A stretch of 64,000 bases of DNA from an uncultured Carnobacteriaceae bacterium (GCA_964482685.1 CAYZZA010000001.1:358-64357); one strand, 5' to 3'. Shown: positions 17,934 to 27,978, counted from the stretch's first letter. Numbers and translations are program-made. The notes: generated from the sequence alone by a model not told the origin.

Positions 17934-19148
17934 TTATTCTGCTAGTCGTACGATGCAATAATCGTGTTCGTCTATCCCTAACGACGAAAGAGCCTCTAGT
18001 ACTTGACTGTAATACCTGTCTCCAGTCACAACCACGGCATGTCCATCTACTTGTGTAACTTGATCAAACCACTTGTTTAATGCGTCCAATCTGTCTTTTG
18101 CACAGTCGGTTACTCTGATATAGAAGCGACTGCTATATGTGTGGTTTAAATTGCAAAGCTCTTTTGTACCCAAGGGATTCTGTTTTCGATTTAAACCAAG
18201 CGCAATGTCGACCACATCTCTCAAGACCGCGTCCCCTGTCACCTGTTTCCCAGCACCAGCTCCATAAAATTTTAACTCACCAATGTGGGAACCTGTAAAA
18301 CTGACGCTATTGTATGCCATATTTACCGTAGCTAAATAGGCCTCTTCGCGAATAATAGTGGGCATCACAACAGCTGTATAGCCTTCTGCTTCCTCTTTGA
18401 CTTCTCCTATTAACTTCACGGTGGATCCAAGCTGTTGAATTTGTCTGACATCAAACGCATTGAGCTTGTCAATGCCTACTCGAATGATGTCTTGTTCAGT
18501 TATTTTTCCTTGTAGGGCCAATGTCCCAAGAATCCTTAATTTACTGCGGGTATCGAAACCAGCCACATCTGCAGTTGGATCGGCTTCCGCATACCCCAAG
18601 TCTTGTGCTTCCTTTAGGGCCTCTTCATACCCGAGTCCTTCATCAAACATTTTTGTTAAGATATAGTTGGATGTCCCATTAAGAATCCCTGAAACTTCAG
18701 TAATCGTATTTAAGATGACTTCTTCTTTCAAGGGTTTTAGAATAGGGATTCCCCCACCTACACTGGCCTCGTATAAAAAAGACACATTTTTCTCAGTTGC
18801 TAAAGCGGATAATTCCTCAAAATATTTCGACACCAATGCTTTGTTTGCGGTGACGACAGATTTCCCTTTGTTTAACGCCTGTTTGATGTATTGATAACTA
18901 TCTTCTACGTTACTTGTGACCTCCACAATGATCTCAATTTCCTCGTCTTCCAACAAGTCATTGAAATCAGTTGTCAAACGAGTGCGTTCAATCGAAGCCT
19001 CTCTTTTTTTCTGCATATTTTGAACCAATATTTTTTTCAAAACAAGTGTGTCTCCCAATAGGTTTGTGAGTGCATCTGATCGATCGTCTAGAATCTCTAC
19101 GACACCCATCCCTACCGTTCCCAACCCTAACAACCCAATGTTTATAAT
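17934..19148 (-). CDS. hom: Homoserine dehydrogenase
   Basis: NAD-binding GLLGLGTVG at the N-terminus and a C-terminal ACT-like region. The first canonical start is TTG 19133. The conserved beta1 strand (I-N-I-G-L-L-G) and the SD spacing favour a non-canonical ATT at 19148 (see finding). Confidence 0.88.
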   Translation of the reverse strand: MINIGLLGLGTVGMGVVEILDDRSDALTNLLGDTLVLKKILVQNMQKKREASIERTRLTTDFNDLLEDEEIEIIVEVTSNVEDSYQYIKQALNKGKSVVTANKALVSKYFEELSALATEKNVSFLYEASVGGGIPILKPLKEEVILNTITEVSGILNGTSNYILTKMFDEGLGYEEALKEAQDLGYAEADPTADVAGFDTRSKLRILGTLALQGKITEQDIIRVGIDKLNAFDVRQIQQLGSTVKLIGEVKEEAEGYTAVVMPTIIREEAYLATVNMAYNSVSFTGSHIGELKFYGAGAGKQVTGDAVLRDVVDIALGLNRKQNPLGTKELCNLNHTYSSRFYIRVTDCAKDRLDALNKWFDQVTQVDGHAVVVTGDRYYSQVLEALSSLGIDEHDYCIVRLAE

Positions 19149-20140
19149 GATGGTTCCTCCTCTAACATCTGAATCATTTTTTCTGCAATTTGAATGGTAT
19201 TTAAAGCGGCCCCTTTTCGGATATTATCTGCGACTACCCATAAGTTCAATCCATTTTCCACACTAAAATCACGCCTAATCCGTCCGATATAAACGTCATC
19301 TTTTCCCTGTACCTCTAGAGCGAGTGGATATACATTTTCCGATCCTTTATCTTGAAGTGTGATACCTTCTGCTTGTTCAAATGCCTCATAAACTGCTTCC
19401 ATTGTAAATGGCTGTGCCAATTCTACGTTGATAGACAAACTATGTCCATATCGAACAGGGACGCGGACACATGTTGCTGTGAGTTTCATTCGATCATTAT
19501 TTAATATTTTTTTCGTTTCTTCCATCATTTTCATTTCTTCTTTTGTGTACCCATTTTCTAAAAAGCTATCGATATGGGGCAAAACATTGTATTGAATCGG
19601 ATGCGGATACAACTGAGCTTTTCCTTCTTCAAGGTCTTTCAATCCATCTACACCGGAACCTGAGACTGCTTGATACGTCGAATAGACCACTCTTTTAATG
19701 CCAAACTGGTCCTCTAATGGTTTTAGTGCTACGACCGCTTGAATCGTTGTGCAATTAGGATTGGCAACCAATCCTTTATGTGTACGCAATGCTTCTGGAT
19801 TCACCTCCGGGACGATTAACGGAACAGTTGAATCCATTCTAAAAAAACTACTGTTGTCGATTACCTTGACACCTTTTTTTACAGCTATCGGGGCATATCT
19901 CTCGCTGATGGCTCCCCCTGCTGCGAAAAGTGCTAAATCGATGTCTCGATCAAAAGAGGTTTCTGTCAATTCCTCTATCACATATTCTTCTCCAGCAAAC
20001 GTGATCGGTTGCCCAACAGATTTTTTTGAGGCAAAAAAGAAGAGCCTGTCTATGGGAAACTTTCGTTCTTCTAATATCTGAACCATTGTACTTCCGACAA
20101 GTCCAGTCGCACCAACGATGGCTACATTGTACTGTTTCAT
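19142..20140 (-). CDS. asd: Aspartate-semialdehyde dehydrogenase
   Basis: 332 aa. N-terminus VAIVGATGLVG. Active-site Cys in ANPNCTTIQ. SD AAAGGTGGAG. Confidence 0.93.
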   Translation of the reverse strand: MKQYNVAIVGATGLVGSTMVQILEERKFPIDRLFFFASKKSVGQPITFAGEEYVIEELTETSFDRDIDLALFAAGGAISERYAPIAVKKGVKVIDNSSFFRMDSTVPLIVPEVNPEALRTHKGLVANPNCTTIQAVVALKPLEDQFGIKRVVYSTYQAVSGSGVDGLKDLEEGKAQLYPHPIQYNVLPHIDSFLENGYTKEEMKMMEETKKILNNDRMKLTATCVRVPVRYGHSLSINVELAQPFTMEAVYEAFEQAEGITLQDKGSENVYPLALEVQGKDDVYIGRIRRDFSVENGLNLWVVADNIRKGAALNTIQIAEKMIQMLEEEPSL

Positions 20141-20155
20141 CTCAACTCCACCTTT

Positions 20156-21478
20156 CTAGTCCTCTTCAAAAGCCTTATAAATAGAGGCAATTGCCCCTTC
20201 AAAATCAGCATTTTCAACACCTACAATGACATTCAATTCACTGGACCCTTGAATAATCATGCGTATATTGATGTCATTGGTTGACAACGCGGTAAATATT
20301 TTGGCTGAGATTCCTTTCTTTCGGATAATCCCTCTGCCTACAACCGCAATCAAAGCCATATTCGGATACGCAACAATGTGATCTGGAGCGCAATATATCT
20401 TGATTTCCTCAATAAGTTTGTCTAGTTTGCCACTTACTTGTGCAGAAGAGACCACAACGGAAACGGAATCAATGCTTGACGGCATATGTTCAATCGCAAT
20501 GCCATTTGTTTCAAATACAGTGACAAGTTTTCTAAAAAAATCTTTTTCGGTAATCATTTGAAGTTTATCAATGGCAATCACGGTAAAATCTTTTTTTCCT
20601 GCAATTCCTGTAATGGTTGCTAATTGACTGATCGGGTATGTGTCGTCAACAATTTTGGTCCCTTCATGCTCGGGAAAATTTGTGTTTTTAATATTGATCG
20701 CAATACTTTTGTTTTTAATAGGGAACAATGATTCTTCATGTAAAACAGGTGCGCCCATGTAAGAAAGTTCTCTCAGCTCTTTGTATGTAATGACTTCAAT
20801 CGGTTTTGGGGTGTCCACAATTCGAGGATCTGCCATCAAAAATCCTGACACATCTGTCCAGTTTTCATACAAGTGAGCATGTAAGGAATCCGCAATAATA
20901 GCTCCTGTAATATCTGAACCGCCCCGACTGAAGGTAACAATTTCACCATCAAGCGTAGCTCCGTAAAAACCTGGAATTACTGCCTTGGTTTCATCATTGA
21001 TGGCTTCACTTATTTTTTTATCCGTTGTTTTTGAATCAAATTTTCCATGAGCATCAAAGATAATAATGGAAGCAGAATCAATAAAATCAAATCCTAAAAA
21101 ACGTGCTAGAATAATGGCATTTAAGAATTCACCTCGGCTAGCTGCGTAATCTTTCGAGGCTCCTTTTTGAATGTTTTCTTTAATCGTATCAAGAATTTCT
21201 TGGAGATTTAGATCAATCTTGAGTTCATCGACAATCTTCAAAAAACGAACTTCTACAATTTTATAGACTTCATCGATACTCAATTTATTTGAAGCTAGTT
21301 GGTAACACATATACAAAATATCCGTTATTTTATGATCTTCTTTTTGTGTCTTTCCTGGCGCAGACGGGACAATGATCCTTCTGCTTTCGTTTGCCTCAAC
21401 AATTTTTTTCACTTTTTTAAATTGAGCACTATCTGCTAAAGAACTTCCTCCAAATTTCGCTACAATAACATTTTCCAC
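20156..21478 (-). CDS. Aspartate kinase
   Basis: 440 aa. GTG start with SD AGAGGAGA (7-nt spacer). N-terminus VAKFGGSSL. C-terminal ACT-type regulatory region. First gene of the aspartate kinase-asd-hom-thrC-thrB operon. Confidence 0.9.
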   Translation of the reverse strand: MENVIVAKFGGSSLADSAQFKKVKKIVEANESRRIIVPSAPGKTQKEDHKITDILYMCYQLASNKLSIDEVYKIVEVRFLKIVDELKIDLNLQEILDTIKENIQKGASKDYAASRGEFLNAIILARFLGFDFIDSASIIIFDAHGKFDSKTTDKKISEAINDETKAVIPGFYGATLDGEIVTFSRGGSDITGAIIADSLHAHLYENWTDVSGFLMADPRIVDTPKPIEVITYKELRELSYMGAPVLHEESLFPIKNKSIAINIKNTNFPEHEGTKIVDDTYPISQLATITGIAGKKDFTVIAIDKLQMITEKDFFRKLVTVFETNGIAIEHMPSSIDSVSVVVSSAQVSGKLDKLIEEIKIYCAPDHIVAYPNMALIAVVGRGIIRKKGISAKIFTALSTNDINIRMIIQGSSELNVIVGVENADFEGAIASIYKAFEED

Positions 21479-21881
21479 TGATTGGTCTCCTCTTTCTATT
21501 CTTCCCTAGATGCTGATTCCACAATACTGGCAATCTGCTTTTTTCTTAAAAATTAAAAATATCGTGCTACGATTCTATATAGGTTTGCTGTATCTAAGCA
21601 GAAAACACCTTTTTTGAAGACATACAATCCTTTTTACTTAGTCTAGTAGGTCTACCAAGACACGCACAGAGCTTCTTTTAGTGATTTCTGCACCAAGTTT
21701 CTTTGGCTCATTTTACCATGTTTGTATACATTAAAACATTCTAATCTATTTTCTCATCTAAATACAGACTTGAAACACTCTTGCTGAATGGTTTGTGAAA
21801 GAAAAAACAGGACATTCCTTACAATTCATAGTACTATATGCTACGCTCTAATCAACTACATATACACAAGGGGTGAGTCTA

Positions 21882-22676
21882 GTGGCGAAAAAAGTTGCGA
21901 TTTTAAATACAAAAGAAGGGGTTGCGAAAACAACCACAGCAATAGTGCTTGCTGGTATTCTTTCAGAAAACGAAGACAATAAAGTGCTAATTGTCGATGG
22001 AGATGCGAAAGGAAATAGTTTGTTTGCTTTCGGAGAAAATCCGGAGCTTCTTAACGATACGTTGTATGATGTAATTGTGGGTGGGCTTCCCGCCTCGCAA
22101 GTAATCTATGAATATTCAAATAACTTGCACATTTTGCCCTCCAATGATGACCTTGATTTTCTAGACCAAGACGTCTGGACCAATCAATCACGGTATCCTG
22201 TTCCGTTCCGCCTACTCCAAAGAGCTTTATGGGAACACATCGAACCAAAGTACACCCATATTATCTTTGATGCTTCACCAAATATGAATTTAATGAGCAT
22301 GAATATTTTAGCTTATGCTGATTCAGTCGTTGTTCCATTTGAATTAAACGAAACTGCTCTCAAAGGACTAACTAAAATGGTTCAAAAAATTCAAGATTTC
22401 AAAGAGAGTCGAAACCATCAACTAACAATTGGCGCTCTTTTGCCTGTAAAAGTAGACTTTGGAAGCGAAGAAAATCTCTCTATTTTAGAAGACATCCAAC
22501 AATTTGCGGATGAACACCATCTTATTCTGTATAAAAAAGGGATTCAAAAAGAGCCCGTACTTGACACGTCTCTTCCAATGTTTGGGTCCAGCGTGAACCA
22601 AAAAAAGCATGCGCAAAATATGGCAAAAAATTATTATGAATTTACACACACTCTTAGAGATAGAGGGATTTTCTAA
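21882..22676 (+). CDS. ParA/MinD-fold protein with a degenerate Walker A (predicted pseudo-ATPase)
   Basis: GTG 21882 (SD AAGGGG, 8-nt spacer); the longest ORF starts at GTG 21873. ParA-like colinearity: KVAILNTKEGVAKTTTA, VLIVDGDAKGN, IIFDASPN..., YADSVVVPFELNETALKGL. Confidence 0.65.
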   Translation: MAKKVAILNTKEGVAKTTTAIVLAGILSENEDNKVLIVDGDAKGNSLFAFGENPELLNDTLYDVIVGGLPASQVIYEYSNNLHILPSNDDLDFLDQDVWTNQSRYPVPFRLLQRALWEHIEPKYTHIIFDASPNMNLMSMNILAYADSVVVPFELNETALKGLTKMVQKIQDFKESRNHQLTIGALLPVKVDFGSEENLSILEDIQQFADEHHLILYKKGIQKEPVLDTSLPMFGSSVNQKKHAQNMAKNYYEFTHTLRDRGIF

Positions 22677-22730
22677 CGTTTCTTTTAATGAAGTCTTCCT
22701 TAACACTATACTATTCTCACTAAATAGAAC

Positions 22731-22770
22731 AAAAAACGGCGGTGAATCAAAGGATTCACCGCCGTTTTTT
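22731..22770. terminator. Bidirectional terminator (ParA-like gene / aspA)
   Basis: 13-bp stem ACGGCGGTGAATC / GATTCACCGCCGT flanked by A6 and T6. Confidence 0.85.
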
Positions 22771-22948
22771 GTATTAAACTTGCCCATAGGGTCCCTAACC
22801 GGTTCGTTCATTTTTCTGGTTCTACGTATGTACACGCAATTGAATGAACAGGTGCTCTACTCGGGCATCCAAAAAGCTTTTTCCTCTACACATACATCTA
22901 TTTGTACGACAAACTTTCGAAGAAAAGCAGACTGATGACTAGTTCGCG

Positions 22949-24349
22949 CTATCTTGGGTGAATCATGGAGTGTGGGTCTAAAGTTTCTTCTAATACCTCT
23001 TCACTTAACAATCCTTGTTCAAGAACCAATTCTCTAAGGGTACGGTTTTCTTTCAATGCTTGATTTGTTAATTCTGTCACTTTGGTATAACCAAGTTCCT
23101 TTAACAAGGCCGTTGCCATCGCAAGTGATTCTTCTACATATTGTGTACATTGGGCCTCGTTTACAGTTAATCCTTCAATGGCATTGACGCGTAAAGTGTG
23201 GCATGCATTTTTTAAAATTTCCATAGATTGAAACAGATTGAAAAATAAGACAGGCTCAAAAACATTCAATTCCATTTGGCCAGCTTCAACAGCCATCGTG
23301 ATCGTTGCATCGTTTCCAATAACTTGGAAACACACTTGATTGACTACTTCTGGAATAACCGGATTGACCTTCCCAGGCATGATAGATGAACCTGGTTGCT
23401 TAGCTGGAAGATGCAACTCATTCAATCCAACTTTTGGACCAGAAGCCATCAAACGCAAATCATTAGACAGGCGAGACAATCCAGTCGCAAATGTTTTCAA
23501 AGCAGAATGCACATAGGCAAACCCATCTATGTGTTTGGTGCTATCAACAAGATCTTCTGCCCCTACAAAAGAAATACCTGTAACATCTGTTAACTTTTGG
23601 ACGGCTGCTTCTTTGTAGCCCACTACGGAGTTGATTCCTGTTCCCACAGCAGTGGCTCCTAAGTTGACAGTTTTCATCTCTTCCAAAGCATGAGTCAATC
23701 GTTTCATATCACGTGTAAGAAGAGTACTGTAACTTGCAAATACTTGCCCCATTGAAATCAACACTGCATCTTGAAGATGCGTTCTTCCAACCTTGATTAC
23801 TTCTTTGTATGCTTCAGCTTTTTCACTAAATGCAGTTTCTAGCAAGTCCATTTCAGCTAGCAACGCTTCCCCTAACAAAAGAGTCGTTAGTTTCCCAGCT
23901 GTTGGGATGACATCATTCGTGGATTGAGCCTTGTTGACATGGTCATTGGGATGAACACTTGTGTATGTCCCTAGCGGATCCCCCAATAGTTGAGAGGCAC
24001 GATTGGCAATAATTTCGTTGACATTCATATTCATTGAGGTGCCTGCACCTCCTTGAATGGCATCTGTAATAAACTCTTCGTTATGTGTGCCTTCCATAAT
24101 TTCATCAGAAGCCTGTGTAATGGCTTGGGCTATTTTAGCGTCTAACTCTCCAACTGCTTCATTGGCTTGCGCACATGCTTTTTTAACAGCCCCTAGCGAC
24201 CAAATCATTAGAGGATTGATTTTTTGTCCTGTAATATGAAAGTTTTCAACTGAACGCACAGACTGTGCGCCATAGAGTGCCTCTTTAGGTACAGGTACCT
24301 CACCTAGTGAATCACGTTCCATTCTTACTTGTTCCATATTGTTTGCCAT
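22949..24349 (-). CDS. aspA: Aspartate ammonia-lyase
   Basis: 466 aa. Motifs QGGAGTSMNMN, HPNDHVNKAQSTND, GSSIMPGKVNPVIPEVVNQVCF. These match the aspartase pattern rather than fumarase. Confidence 0.85.
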   Translation of the reverse strand: MANNMEQVRMERDSLGEVPVPKEALYGAQSVRSVENFHITGQKINPLMIWSLGAVKKACAQANEAVGELDAKIAQAITQASDEIMEGTHNEEFITDAIQGGAGTSMNMNVNEIIANRASQLLGDPLGTYTSVHPNDHVNKAQSTNDVIPTAGKLTTLLLGEALLAEMDLLETAFSEKAEAYKEVIKVGRTHLQDAVLISMGQVFASYSTLLTRDMKRLTHALEEMKTVNLGATAVGTGINSVVGYKEAAVQKLTDVTGISFVGAEDLVDSTKHIDGFAYVHSALKTFATGLSRLSNDLRLMASGPKVGLNELHLPAKQPGSSIMPGKVNPVIPEVVNQVCFQVIGNDATITMAVEAGQMELNVFEPVLFFNLFQSMEILKNACHTLRVNAIEGLTVNEAQCTQYVEESLAMATALLKELGYTKVTELTNQALKENRTLRELVLEQGLLSEEVLEETLDPHSMIHPR

Positions 24350-24430
24350 TATCCATTCTCCCTCTGAGTGAGTTTTGTTGTAGTGAGATAGTCGTGATTG
24401 GTTTTTTTGTTTAACAAAAATTTTCTATAG

Positions 24431-24466
24431 AAAGAAAGAAGACGCAAGGAGTCTTCTTTCTTTTTT
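24431..24466. terminator. Hairpin between fumC and aspA
   Basis: 13-bp stem AAAGAAAGAAGAC / GTCTTCTTTCTTT with a 7-nt loop. U-rich 3' arm. Confidence 0.55.
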
Positions 24467-24478
24467 AATGTCTATATT

Positions 24479-25855
24479 TTATAGCTTGTTTGGTTTTATC
24501 ATTTCATCGTATTTGAAAAAAGCATCAAATTCGTCTGCTGTCATGAGACCTTCTGCTACAATAACTTCTTTGATACTTAGACCATCATTGTGTGCTTTTT
24601 TCACGATTTTAGATGTTTGGTCGTATCCTAATTTTTTGTTTAAATACGTTGCCGTCATCAATGACTTCGTTAAGTTTTCGTCCATTTTTTCTTTGTTTAC
24701 TTTCAGTCCTTGTAACGTTCTTGTATTAAAGGAGTTCAAAGCATCGCTTAACAAACGAATGGATTGCCAGACATTATGCATAATCAAAGGCATAAATGCA
24801 TTCAACTGAAAGTGTCCTTGGGAAGAACCAATGGCCACTGCACTATTGTTGGACATGACTTGTACACAAACCATCGTCAATGCTTCCGCTTGTGTGGGGT
24901 TGACTTTCCCTGGCATGATGGAGCTTCCTGCTTCATTAGCTGGAATCGTGATTTCCCCAATTCCACAACGTGGTCCACTGGCTAACCAACGAATATCGTT
25001 GGCCATTTTCATTGCGTTAGTCGCAATGGTGTTTAGTGCACCATGTCCAAAGACAAATGCATCTTTTGTGCTAATAGCATGAAAGAGATTCTCACTGACT
25101 GTAAAGGATTCAGACAAGTTTGTATTCAAATAAGCACACACATCTTCTGAAAAACCTTCATACGTGTTCAGTCCTGTTCCAACTGCCGTTGCCCCAATAG
25201 ATAACGTACGTAAAAATGGCATCACTGCTTGAAGTTGTTTTTTAGCTTCTGTAAACATGTGTGCCCATCCGCTGACTTCTTGTCCAAAGGTCAAAGGCGT
25301 GGCATCTTGAAGATGTGTTCTTCCTGTTTTAATAATATCTTTTGATTCTTCCGCAAGTTCCAGCAACACTTTTTCTACTCCATCTAATGCAGGAACCAAT
25401 TCACGTTCCAACATCAAGGTGGCACATATATGCATACTTGTTGGAAATACGTCGTTGGAACTTTGTCCACAGTTGACGTCATCGTTCGGGTGAACGCCTA
25501 AACCTGGATTTTTTTGATTGGCTATATTGGCTACGACTTCGTTGACGTTCATGTTGGTTTGGGTACCACTTCCTGTTTGCCAAATGGACAAAGGAAAGTG
25601 ATCCATAAAGTCTGCATCGGATAAGATAAAGTCACACGCTTCGATAATGCCGTCGGCTTTATCAGCGGGCAAAACAGAACGTTTTTTATTCGCTTGTGCA
25701 GCGGCTTTTTTTAATTGAACCATCGATTCGATAAAAAAAGCAGGCATTTTCTCAGACCCAATTGGAAAGTTTTCTAGACTACGTTGTGTATTCGCACCCC
25801 AAAGAACATCTTCAGGAATCTCAATGGCCCCATAAATATCTTCTGTTTTCTTCAT
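24479..25855 (-). CDS. fumC: Class II fumarate hydratase
   Basis: 458 aa. Motifs WGANTQRSLENF, WQTGSGTQTNMN, GSSIMPGKVNPTQAEAL. Overlaps the malic enzyme stop by 4 nt. Confidence 0.9.
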   Translation of the reverse strand: MKKTEDIYGAIEIPEDVLWGANTQRSLENFPIGSEKMPAFFIESMVQLKKAAAQANKKRSVLPADKADGIIEACDFILSDADFMDHFPLSIWQTGSGTQTNMNVNEVVANIANQKNPGLGVHPNDDVNCGQSSNDVFPTSMHICATLMLERELVPALDGVEKVLLELAEESKDIIKTGRTHLQDATPLTFGQEVSGWAHMFTEAKKQLQAVMPFLRTLSIGATAVGTGLNTYEGFSEDVCAYLNTNLSESFTVSENLFHAISTKDAFVFGHGALNTIATNAMKMANDIRWLASGPRCGIGEITIPANEAGSSIMPGKVNPTQAEALTMVCVQVMSNNSAVAIGSSQGHFQLNAFMPLIMHNVWQSIRLLSDALNSFNTRTLQGLKVNKEKMDENLTKSLMTATYLNKKLGYDQTSKIVKKAHNDGLSIKEVIVAEGLMTADEFDAFFKYDEMIKPNKL

Positions 25856-27051
25856 TTTTTCCCTTCCTTTGCTATACCTAGTTCAATTGCTTTTTGTGCG
25901 ACAACTTCTGCTACACGCTCTGCCACACGTGCATCCAATGCACTTGGAATAATATTTTCTTCTGTCAAGTCTGCATCTTCAATCAAAGAGGCAATCCCGT
26001 GAGCTGCGGCAATTTTCATTTCTTCCGTGATAGCTGTTGCACGAACGTCTAGTGCTCCTTTAAAGATTCCAGGGAAAGCAAGCACGTTGTTGACTTGGTT
26101 AGGACTATCTGAACGTCCTGTTCCAACAATGCGTGCACCCGCTTCTTTAGCATCTGCATAACTGATTTCTGGATCTGGGTTGGCTAATGCAAACACAATT
26201 GCGTCCGGATTCATCGATTTAATATTGGCTTGCGTCACAATGTTTCCAATTGAGACACCAATAAAGACGTCGGCTCCTTCTAGTAAATCAGAAAGCGTTT
26301 GTTCATCTTTTGGCGTGGATATATACGTGCACAATTCTTTGACAACAGCGTCATAAGTGTCTATTTTTTCAGGCGTAACAACTCCACTTCGATTGGTCGC
26401 ATAAATGTTGGTGACCCCGAAAGTATGCAGCATCCGGATAATGGAACTTCCTGCTGCTCCTGTACCAGACACAACGACTTTAGCCTCTTTTAAATCTTTC
26501 CCAAGCATACGGTATGAATTAATTAAACCAGCTAAAACAACAATCGCTGTACCATGTTGATCGTCATGGAAGACAGGGATATCCAGAGTTCTTTTTAATT
26601 CTTGTTCAATGTACACACACTCTGGTGATTTAATGTCTTCTAAGTTGATGCCACCAAATGTAGGTGCCACCATTTGACAAAAACGAATTACTTCATCAGG
26701 ATCTTCTGTGTCAATGACTAGTGGAATGGCATTTAATCCAGAAAACGATTTAAACAACATCGATTTCCCTTCCATAACTGGAAGACCTGCTTCTGGACCA
26801 ATGTTTCCCAATCCAAGAACAGCGGTCCCGTTACTGATAACAGCCACAGTATTGCCTTTCCATGTGTAATCATAGACGGTTTCAACATTTTCTTTTATTT
26901 TCAAACATGGTTCTGCAACTCCAGGACTATACACCAAACTCAATTCATCTAAAGTTGAAACGTCTACCTTGTTTTGGACTTCTACTTTTCCTTTTAGTTT
27001 TTCATGCAACGCCAATGCGTCTTTTTTTAACTGAGTCATTCGTTTCTCCAT
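25852..27051 (-). CDS. NAD(P)-dependent malic enzyme (short form)
   Basis: 399 aa. Motifs [30 protein letters not shown]. Confidence 0.88.
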   Translation of the reverse strand: MEKRMTQLKKDALALHEKLKGKVEVQNKVDVSTLDELSLVYSPGVAEPCLKIKENVETVYDYTWKGNTVAVISNGTAVLGLGNIGPEAGLPVMEGKSMLFKSFSGLNAIPLVIDTEDPDEVIRFCQMVAPTFGGINLEDIKSPECVYIEQELKRTLDIPVFHDDQHGTAIVVLAGLINSYRMLGKDLKEAKVVVSGTGAAGSSIIRMLHTFGVTNIYATNRSGVVTPEKIDTYDAVVKELCTYISTPKDEQTLSDLLEGADVFIGVSIGNIVTQANIKSMNPDAIVFALANPDPEISYADAKEAGARIVGTGRSDSPNQVNNVLAFPGIFKGALDVRATAITEEMKIAAAHGIASLIEDADLTEENIIPSALDARVAERVAEVVAQKAIELGIAKEGKK

Positions 27052-27507
27052 CCTTTTCTATGCATTCAATTTGTATGACTGTATATCTTGACCTCGAGTA
27101 CCCTTGTTCGAAACGCAACGCTTTCTATGTATCTGTTGAATGAGTTGCTTGCTGATTAACGAAAGAATGTGTCTTTTGGTGCGAGCTTGACACGTAGTTA
27201 GAAACAAAAAACAACTCGTATCTGACTCGAGTAGCCTTTTTATTTCCGCTTTGAACAAACGCGTTTAACGCACTTGCCCATAGAGTGGTCGGAACCATTT
27301 TCTTTTGATGCGATTCTTTCTTGTACCAGTCTCCTCACTAAAAAGAACCTCCTTTTGTAATCGCTTACTTTACTATAACCTATTTTTTGTCTTCTGTCAG
27401 TAAGACTTGGACATAAGGCAACATTTTATCTCTTTCTTAATAAGTCTACCATAAAAAATGCACGTTGCCTTTGTAGACCATTAAAATAGGGATATCTGAA
27501 AGGTTTT

Positions 27508-27978
27508 TTACTGTTCCTCTTTTACATTTTGAACAAGAGTCTCATATCTTTGCCCAACAGCTGTAAGTTGGATGTTTCGCTCTTCTTCAGCTGTAGCAAT
27601 CCGTGAGAACGTCAATAATAGATGTTCTTTTGGCAAGTGCTCTGACACCATAGACCCCCACTCCACAAGTGTAACGCCTTCTCCATGAAAGTATTCCTCA
27701 AGGCCCAAATCGTCTGCTCCTTCTTCTTCCAAACGGTACAGATCCATATGATACAAAGGCAGTCGCCCATCGGTATACTCCCTGATCAGCGTATACGTCG
27801 GACTTTTAATGACACGCTGAATGCCCAGTGCTTTGCCAAATCCTTTTGTGAAAGCTGTTTTTCCAGCACCTAACTCTCCTTCCAGGATATAGACATCTCC
27901 TGGCTGTGAATGTTTGGCTAGACAAGCCGCTAGTTCGTGGGTGTCTGTTTCATTTTTGCTGTAATAGGTCATGTCCAT
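27508..27978 (-). CDS. tsaE: tRNA t6A biosynthesis ATPase TsaE
   Basis: 156 aa. P-loop GELGAGKT about 38 aa from the N-terminus. YHMDLYR motif. Confidence 0.88.
   Translation of the reverse strand: MDMTYYSKNETDTHELAACLAKHSQPGDVYILEGELGAGKTAFTKGFGKALGIQRVIKSPTYTLIREYTDGRLPLYHMDLYRLEEEGADDLGLEEYFHGEGVTLVEWGSMVSEHLPKEHLLLTFSRIATAEEERNIQLTAVGQRYETLVQNVKEEQ

Noticed and set aside
21479-21881. An amino-acid-responsive leader (T-box, L-box) upstream of the aspartate kinase-asd-hom-thrC-thrB operon
   Set aside because: The 400-nt spacer was read on the minus strand. It has no T-box or lysine riboswitch motifs and no convincing terminator/antiterminator pair.
22485-22935. ORFs 22485-22835 (-) and 22609-22935 (+) after the ParA-like gene
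   Set aside because: Both read straight through the strong bidirectional terminator hairpin (22731-22770) and mirror each other across it. They have no SD.
27100-27125. CcpA cre site upstream of the malic enzyme gene
   Set aside because: AGAAAGCGTTGCGT matches only the left half of TGWAANCGNTNWCA.
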